Program-made: the position numbers and the translations under genes
From: Novosphingobium sp.
GTDB taxonomy: Bacteria; Pseudomonadota; Alphaproteobacteria; Sphingomonadales; Sphingomonadaceae
DNA: 32,000 nt
Assembly (NCBI GenBank): GCA_035281095.1
Contig: DATEEP010000158.1
Span: 27,086-59,085 of the forward strand
Direction: 5' to 3'
The notes under the pieces: generated by a model
Databases searched by the model: none
What the model was told of the DNA's origin: nothing
Seen by the model: the letters and a program-made list of their open reading frames with translations, nothing else
Shown: positions 8,614-14,120 of the stretch, in pieces
Numbering within the stretch: position 1 is the first letter of the stretch
Layout: each line of letters starts with the position of its first letter

Positions 8614-9567
8614 TTACCCGGCGTGCGCTGCAAGCCAGTTCGTGAGTCCTGCATCGACGGCGTGTTCTGCGAGGGTAAGGCAATCCCATAGGTGGACGGG
8701 CCGGGTGCAGTTACCGCTACGTGGCGCTACCGTGCCGGTGTGGTAGACTATAAAGAACCGGCTGCCGACTGTACTCGCCGCGAATGCCGCGACGCACTCG
8801 TCGGCAACCGATTGATTGATGGCGGACTTGACCTGCACGCTGATGATCTCGCGCGTGATGGGCTGTTCCAGCAGCAGGTCGATGTCCTTCATCGTTCCGC
8901 CTACTTCGGAGAGGCGGCGCCATCCGGCACCGGAAAAGATGAGATCGACGAGCAGTTCGAAGTCGCGCCAATGCAGGTCGCGGATGATGTCGGCGCTCGC
9001 TTCGATGAGTGCCCGCCGATGGATGCCCAGCGCGATGGCATTGGCCTCGCGTTCGCCGTTGATTCGCCGAACCGCATAATCGACGTGCTTCACCGCGCAG
9101 ATGGAACGCCGATAGGCGGCAAGCTGCGTGAGCTTGGTGCTGAGGCTGTTCTGGTCCAGCTTAATGCCGAAGCGGTCCACATTGCGCCAAGGGCCGATGG
9201 TGCGGCGAAATGCGGCGGGCTCGGTGAGGTCGGCAACGCCGGGGATCGCCTGCGCAGGCTCACTGAAGGCCCACCACATCTGTCCGAACGCGAAAGTGAT
9301 CCACAAAGTGTCGGAACCAAGGGTGAAAAAGTCCTGTAATTCGCGCAAGGTGCCGGTGGCGGTTGCCCTGTTCGCATAATAGTCCCGGTAGCGTTGCTCG
9401 GCCGTATCCCAGTCGCCTGCTGCGGCTTCCTCCACGGGGTCCTCGTTGTTGCTCCAGTATATAAGGCCTTCGTCGAGCGAGCGTCTTTCCCACGCTCCCC
9501 CGCGCCCCAGCTTGATGTAGCGCGTCTGCGCGGGCTGGATCGGATCGAACAGCGGCGTGGCGCTCAT
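8614..9567 (-). CDS. Mrr-type (PD-(D/E)xK) restriction-endonuclease-domain protein with an unrecognised ~200-aa N-terminal region
   Basis: The C-terminal WRDFELLVDLIFSGAGWRRLSEVGGTMKDIDLLLEQPITREIISVQVKS fits the Mrr catalytic pattern (FE..l....G......D.GiD......QxK). Start at ATG 9567 or GTG 9573. Confidence 0.7.
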   Translation of the reverse strand: MSATPLFDPIQPAQTRYIKLGRGGAWERRSLDEGLIYWSNNEDPVEEAAAGDWDTAEQRYRDYYANRATATGTLRELQDFFTLGSDTLWITFAFGQMWWAFSEPAQAIPGVADLTEPAAFRRTIGPWRNVDRFGIKLDQNSLSTKLTQLAAYRRSICAVKHVDYAVRRINGEREANAIALGIHRRALIEASADIIRDLHWRDFELLVDLIFSGAGWRRLSEVGGTMKDIDLLLEQPITREIISVQVKSAINQSVADECVAAFAASTVGSRFFIVYHTGTVAPRSGNCTRPVHLWDCLTLAEHAVDAGLTNWLAAHAG

Positions 9568-9828
9568 GCCCACGAACCGTCATTGTGGTTGGCGGTCGCC
9601 TCCCCACCAATCGCATTTCCTGCTTGCATCGTCGCCCCCAGCAGGGCGCGACGTTGTCTTCGGGCTTTCTCGTCGCGCCTATGTCCACTCGGGGCGACGG
9701 CCGAAGCCGGATGTTGGAAACCTACTTAGCATAGGCGCATGCGCCTTTACCGTTGCCGGCTGGACATGCGCGCATGCCACCCGGCCTCCAGAATCTGGCG
9801 ACCGAGTTGCTAAGCAGGGGTTTCCACG

Positions 9829-9859
9829 CCCCACCTCCCGGCTTTCACGGGAGGCGGGG
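9829..9859 (-). terminator. GC-rich hairpin downstream of the island operon (terminator-like, no U-tract)
   Basis: ccccacctcccg (9829-9840) pairs with cgggaggcgggg (9848-9859): 12 bp with one G-U on the minus-strand transcript and a 7-nt loop. It lies about 80 nt after the stop at 9938. Confidence 0.3.
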
Positions 9860-9937
9860 GCAGATTGCTCGATGGGCGACGGATTACAAGCGCAATGTAG
9901 GGCGGCTAGTTCGTGTGCTTGCCCAACCAGCTACAGT

Positions 9938-10321
9938 TCAATGGACTGCCTCTGCCCGCCACGCATCCCGTTGCGCCACCTCCAGCATCGCGGACTGGAA
10001 GCCGAGCGCGATGCACTGCTCGCGCGTGGCGAGTTGCCGGGCTGCGTGGCTGGACACGCGCGGGTCCAGCGCGTCCACCCAGACGGTGCGGCCGTTGTAG
10101 CCGTAGCCCAGGTAGCCGAAGAACGCCGCCAGTTCGGACGGCGACACGCCGTACAGCTTGGCGAAGTCGAGACACGACTTGATGGTGGGCCAGCGCTCCG
10201 GCAGCGTCAGCAGGGCGTGTTCGCGGCAGGCCCGGTGCGCGGCGCGCATCAGCGGCGGGAACAGGCCAGCGTAGCCGTCAAATAGCCGCTCCGCCGCCGT
10301 TAGTTCGTCCGCCTCGGTCAC
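9938..10321 (-). CDS. Hypothetical protein (127 aa), last gene of the island operon
   Basis: GTG start at 10321 overlaps the upstream stop (GTGA). Coding-like composition. No motif recognised. Confidence 0.55.
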   Translation of the reverse strand: MTEADELTAAERLFDGYAGLFPPLMRAAHRACREHALLTLPERWPTIKSCLDFAKLYGVSPSELAAFFGYLGYGYNGRTVWVDALDPRVSSHAARQLATREQCIALGFQSAMLEVAQRDAWRAEAVH

Positions 10322-10707
10322 GACCCGATCCCGCCGCGCCCGTGGGCGCGCTGGCCGTACTCGACAACCCGCGCCGCCTCGCAGGCGTGCGTCAGGTGCT
10401 GCAGCGGCTTGTCCTGCGTCAGGCCCTTCACCAGCGCCTGTTCGGGCGTGGTGCGGTAATCCTTCGCCAGTTCATCGGCGCGGCGGAACATGGCCTCTTC
10501 GTACACGTGCGAGCCGTAGGCAGGCTTGTCGTTGCGCTCGACCACGGCGGTGGCGCTCTTCAGGATGGCGGTGTCGTTCATGTCGGGTACTCCTTGTGCT
10601 GACTTGATGAGGACGCAGATCGCCCCCGCTTGCGCGGGGTTGTCCACGCTGCTGATCTCGTTGAGCTTGAGATTGGTGACGCGGTAGCGCTTGCCGGGGA
10701 TGGTCAC
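10318..10707 (-). CDS. Hypothetical protein; the N-terminal 42 aa carry a prohead-protease-like strand motif
   Basis: GTG at 10707 overlaps the upstream stop (GTGA). An alternative ATG at 10581 (MNDTAILK..) has a strong AAGGAG 7 nt upstream. The motif is LKLNEISSVDNPAQAGA. The long 317-aa track version is rejected. Confidence 0.5.
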   Translation of the reverse strand: MTIPGKRYRVTNLKLNEISSVDNPAQAGAICVLIKSAQGVPDMNDTAILKSATAVVERNDKPAYGSHVYEEAMFRRADELAKDYRTTPEQALVKGLTQDKPLQHLTHACEAARVVEYGQRAHGRGGIGS

Positions 10708-11087
10708 GCGCGGGCCTCCTCGATCGGCACGACCTTGTTGCTGAAGTCCAGCGCGGACGTGTGGTTGATGAAGTCGACGAAGGGCATCATCTGCGTCGGC
10801 GCGACACGGACACAGAGCGCGCGGGCCAGCACCGGTGCCTCGGCCACCACCTCCTTCGCGACGACGAAGGCGAACATACGTTCGCGGGCGCGGCGAAGAT
10901 CGTCGAGCGCGAGTTGCTCGGCCTGCACGTCCGACCGGTACAGCTTGTCGTTGGCGTCGCGGATCGCGTCCAGCGCGGCTTCCGCCTCCCGGATTGCGGC
11001 GACGAAGTCGCGGGCGGCGCGTTCGCGTTCGCCCACGGCGTCCATCCGCTCGCGTTCGATGCGCTTGCGCTTCAGGCTTCCGAGCAT
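10704..11087 (-). CDS. Hypothetical coiled-coil-like protein (127 aa)
   Basis: ATG at 11087 (MLGSLKRKRIERER..) with GGAG upstream. It overlaps the end of the upstream gene by 16 nt. The charged, Ala-rich sequence suggests helices. Confidence 0.5.
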   Translation of the reverse strand: MLGSLKRKRIERERMDAVGERERAARDFVAAIREAEAALDAIRDANDKLYRSDVQAEQLALDDLRRARERMFAFVVAKEVVAEAPVLARALCVRVAPTQMMPFVDFINHTSALDFSNKVVPIEEARA

Positions 11088-11476
11088 TCGGGCTTCTCCA
11101 TTGATAAATCGGACGTCGACCACTGGGCCGGATCGACGCGGCGGCGCACGTCGTCGATGATGTCGGCCGCACGTTCTTCACTGAACCCGGCGCGGACCAA
11201 GTCGCCGGTTTGCAGGGTCCAGAAGTCGGCGAAGAAGACCGGGCCGTTCCGCTCGCGTTCGGCGCGCTCAAGGTCCAACCGGTCTTTCAGCGTCTCCGGC
11301 GGACGGACGCCGCGCAGCAGGTCGTCCAGCCGGGACAGGCTCTCGATACTGCCTTTCGGCGGATGCACCTCGGGGCTGCGCAGCAACGCAAGGCGCAACG
11401 TGCGGCGGGCGTCCGGCCCCATGAGCTGGAAGCCGACGGCGAGGGCTAGGTTGTCGAGCGCGGTGTCAGGTGTCAT
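11072..11476 (-). CDS. Hypothetical protein (134 aa)
   Basis: ATG at 11476 overlaps the TerS-like gene end by 11 nt. No motif recognised. Confidence 0.5.
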   Translation of the reverse strand: MTPDTALDNLALAVGFQLMGPDARRTLRLALLRSPEVHPPKGSIESLSRLDDLLRGVRPPETLKDRLDLERAERERNGPVFFADFWTLQTGDLVRAGFSEERAADIIDDVRRRVDPAQWSTSDLSMEKPECSEA

Positions 11477-11975
11477 CGGCCGCCTTCCCGTCGATCAAGG
11501 TCAGGGCCGGGGGGCGCACACTGCCCATCAGGCGCATGGCGACGGAGGTCACGGCCTCGCCCAGCACACCGGCATCGACGTCGTGGGTGACGCGCTTGTT
11601 CAGCACCAGACCGGCGGTGTCACGGTAGCCGGGCAACATAGCGCGGGCGCGAAGCTCAAGCAGGCGGTCGCTGTAACGGCGGATGGTGCCGACGACCTGC
11701 TCGCGGTACTTGCCGCCGAACACGGGCTCGTCGTAGCCCTCCACGGCGCGGCGGTAGATTTCGTGGTCTATCTCGGCGCGTGCCGTGTCCAGCGCCTCCT
11801 CCCACGCGTCGGCAAAGGCGGGATCGCGCTGGCGCTCGTCTTTGAAGGTGCTGGCGGCACCGCCCGGACTGCCGGGAGAGGCGGCCCGAGCGGCGCGCGC
11901 TACGATGCCGTGGCGTGCCAATTCGGCTAAGAACGCTGCCTTACGCGCAGCCGAGAGAGGAACACCGTTCGACAT
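11466..11975 (-). CDS. Phage terminase small-subunit-like protein
   Basis: The layout FLAELARHG..ARAARAA..RDPAFADAWEEALDTARAEIDHEIYRRAVEGYDEPVFGG..VGTIRRYSDRLLELRARAMLP matches the alphaproteobacterial prophage TerS-like family as I recall it. The HTH segment looks degenerate. Confidence 0.6.
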   Translation of the reverse strand: MSNGVPLSAARKAAFLAELARHGIVARAARAASPGSPGGAASTFKDERQRDPAFADAWEEALDTARAEIDHEIYRRAVEGYDEPVFGGKYREQVVGTIRRYSDRLLELRARAMLPGYRDTAGLVLNKRVTHDVDAGVLGEAVTSVAMRLMGSVRPPALTLIDGKAADDT

Positions 11976-12511
11976 GCCCCAGAGTATAGCTGGCGACCGG
12001 CCGAAGGCAGACGGTTAAGGCTTGAGCTATCCCCTCGGAGCCTAGAGAATCGGCCAATTCGTCACCGAATCGCTTTCATCAACCTCAGCGTCGCCAGAAT
12101 ATTGCCGCGAATTGCAACGGAATTGTGGAAAAATACTTTTGGGGGAAAAGAACGCCATCGGCCCCTTGCGCACAAGGCGGGTGCCGGATTTCCTGCGAGT
12201 CTGTGCATCATTGCAGGCCAGCCAGAAAATTTCCAGCCGATTTACCCACACTATCCACAGGTTGATCCCCCGTATTCCGGCTTGCGCAACCGGGTTCGGG
12301 CATTCACCATGATGGAGGTTTGCGGGTTTCAGTTCATACTGAATGGCGCTTAACCACGGAAATGGGGAGGTCACCATAGGCGGCCTCCCCATCCCGAACA
12401 GAACGTGGCCCCTGTTACGGGTGCGCGATCCTGCCCTGTGTGCAACCCATGCCTAGCATGGATCAGACGGGACGCAAAGATTGTCGGGCCACCCTCTTAC
12501 GAGGTTTGAAC

Positions 12512-12637
12512 ATGCCCAAGGTCAGTATCCCGCCGGGGAAGCGCGTGATTTGGCGTGCTTGGATCACGGTCAAGGGACGCAGGGTCTACGCGAATGAGCG
12601 TGGACTTCGTGCGTTCCCGGTTCTCGTGGACGAATAA
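12512..12637 (+). CDS. Tiny basic ORF (41 aa)
   Basis: ATG 12512 with GAGG 8 nt upstream; MPKVSIPPGKRVIWRAWITVKGRRVYANERGLRAFPVLVDE. The longer GTG version at 12440 is less likely. Confidence 0.35.
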   Translation: MPKVSIPPGKRVIWRAWITVKGRRVYANERGLRAFPVLVDE

Positions 12638-12732
12638 GCCGATCACCGCCCCCGCCTTTCATTGCACATGGAGGACGGGGGCACTTCCCGGCTGCTGATC
12701 TAGACATGTCTCTGGTCAGGAAAGGACAAGGT

Positions 12733-12867
12733 ATGGCTGATAAAAAGACGCCGACGCAAACTTCCCACCGCAGTTCGCGGACGGGACAGTTTGTGACCGA
12801 GCGCTACGCCAAGACGCATCCGAACACGACCGAACGGGAACGCATCAAGCATCCCGAGCGGAAGTAA
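12733..12867 (+). CDS. Tiny ORF (44 aa), conserved-looking ..GQFVTERYAKTHPNTTERE.. motif
   Basis: ATG 12733 is preceded by GGAAAGGA. MADKKTPTQTSHRSSRTGQFVTERYAKTHPNTTERERIKHPERK. A stem-loop follows immediately. It is below the ORF-track length cutoff. Confidence 0.5.
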   Translation: MADKKTPTQTSHRSSRTGQFVTERYAKTHPNTTERERIKHPERK

Positions 12868-12874
12868 ATGGGGC

Positions 12875-12904
12875 GAGGCTCCCGGTTAGCCGGGGGCCTC
12901 GTTT
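12875..12904 (+). terminator. Rho-independent-type terminator after the 44-aa ORF
   Basis: gaggctcccgg / ccgggggcctc forms an 11-bp stem (one G-U) with loop ttag, followed by gttt. Confidence 0.5.
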
Positions 12905-13104
12905 CGGCGAACAGCGGCGCGCCGGTGCAGAAATTACCCCTCGCATTACCCGGTGGACTGCTCGTTGCCCATAAAGCCACGTTGCCCAGCCATCTTCGGG
13001 ACCAGAGCCCAGCCTAGCAGAGGCCCGGCTATCGGGTCGGTGCCGCGCGCCCGCGCGCGAGGGCGGGGCGGAACGGCCGGACGATCCTGCGCTACCCAAC
13101 AGGG

Positions 13105-13355
13105 CGATCCTCCCCCGATCCCCCACCGAACCCCCAGAGGGGGGTCGGCTGGAACCCAACAATTCCGCCATTTCCCGACACCGAACCTCCCCGAACCCCC
13201 TCTTTTCTATAAAGGAGAGTAAGGAGTGGCACGGCTAGCGCCCTGCTTAAGCGCTCCCGGGGCCTCTAATGCAAATGGGGGGATCGGGGGGGATCGGGGG
13301 GTTCGGCCAGCGGAAATGCTAGGAAATCTTGGGCGGGAGCCGATCCTCCCCTCGG
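13105..13355. repeat. Iteron-like array: C-run units on the left and G-run units on the right of an AT-rich core
   Basis: The left arm is cgatcctcccccgatcccccaccgaaccccc (13105-13135) and ccgaacctccccgaaccccc (13181-13200). The AT-rich core tcttttctataaagg sits at 13201-13215. The right arm is ggggggatcgggggggatcggggggttcgg (13277-13306) and ccgatcctcccctcgg (13340-13355). Confidence 0.6.
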
Positions 13356-13526
13356 CCACGGACTATGGACCGCCCCCCCTCCCTTCCATCGGCACCGCCG
13401 TGGGAATCTGGCGATGGCGCCTCGCGCCGACAATGCGGAAGTTACACCCGAGAAATCCGCTTTAGGTTTCGGAAAGCGCCGCGAGGGCAAAATCACTGAA
13501 GGTCAAAATTTCTACGGAGACAGACG

Positions 13527-14042
13527 TTGGGTATCATGGGTTGGAGCGTGGCTTTGATTGCAGCTTCCGCGATTTCGGCAACAGTCGGGTCAATGATCAC
13601 GTCGCACGCTATGAACAATGATTTCCAAAAAATGCAGGAAACCTTACAAAAACGTGAAAAATTCATAAAATCGAGGGAGGAAGTTGGAGCATGCCTGACA
13701 TTTTACTATACGCGAAGCCCTCTAGCGGACGCCATTCATGAGCACGCAAACGGCAGAACTGAACTGCTTCGAGTTCCGATAGGTGTCGAAGAGAACCTAG
13801 TGGAATGGTCCGTACCCGGCCTCAGCAAAAGCAAAACCGCTAACGTCCGAAAAAATTTTCCGGTTGGGCCGTATAACCACGTGACCATTGAGGGTATCAT
13901 AGCCCCTCTATCGATTGCACCTGAAGGACGTCCGTACTGCGATCAAGAGTTGTACGCGTGGGACTATAACGTCGCGATGCTGCATTTACTCGGTCGGACC
14001 TCGGAGATCGTGCCGCGTAGTATCAGCCCAGAGCTGCGCTGA
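13527..14042 (+). CDS. Orphan membrane-anchored protein (171 aa), AT-richer than its surroundings
   Basis: TTG start at 13527 with GGAGA 6 nt upstream. An N-terminal hydrophobic helix (WSVALIAASAISATVGSMI) precedes a ~140-aa domain with no recognised motif. It is on the opposite strand to the rest of the island. Confidence 0.6.
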   Translation: MGIMGWSVALIAASAISATVGSMITSHAMNNDFQKMQETLQKREKFIKSREEVGACLTFYYTRSPLADAIHEHANGRTELLRVPIGVEENLVEWSVPGLSKSKTANVRKNFPVGPYNHVTIEGIIAPLSIAPEGRPYCDQELYAWDYNVAMLHLLGRTSEIVPRSISPELR

Positions 14043-14120
14043 AACCGTTGTATCGCATCGGCCCGATTGCAAACATCTTGATTTCAAGGGCCGACTGCAC
14101 CCCACAACAAAGCTACCGCG

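Noticed and set aside
10318-11271. 317-aa version of the ORF ending at 10318
   Set aside because: The first ~190 aa are extremely Arg/Pro/Gly-rich and overlap, out of frame, two better-supported coupled ORFs (10704..11087 and 11072..11476). Only the part from GTG 10707 or ATG 10581 is kept.
12042-12392. 116-aa minus-strand ORF in the divergent region
   Set aside because: It is Trp/Cys-rich with an odd composition, has no RBS, and lies in an AT-richer regulatory-looking region. It is treated as non-coding.
13277-13306. Tandem gggggatcg units considered as a possible CRISPR or simple tandem repeat
   Set aside because: The units are only about 10 bp with no spacers, and there is no cas context. 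The inverted counterpart across an AT-rich core fits iterons rather than CRISPR.
12845-13496. Four overlapping 76-108-aa ORFs (12845..13171, 12953..13222, 13226..13465, 13266..13496)
   Set aside because: Their translations are dominated by Pro/Gly/Arg runs generated by the C-run and G-run repeat units. They are mutually overlapping on both strands, and the region is better explained as an iteron-like non-coding array.
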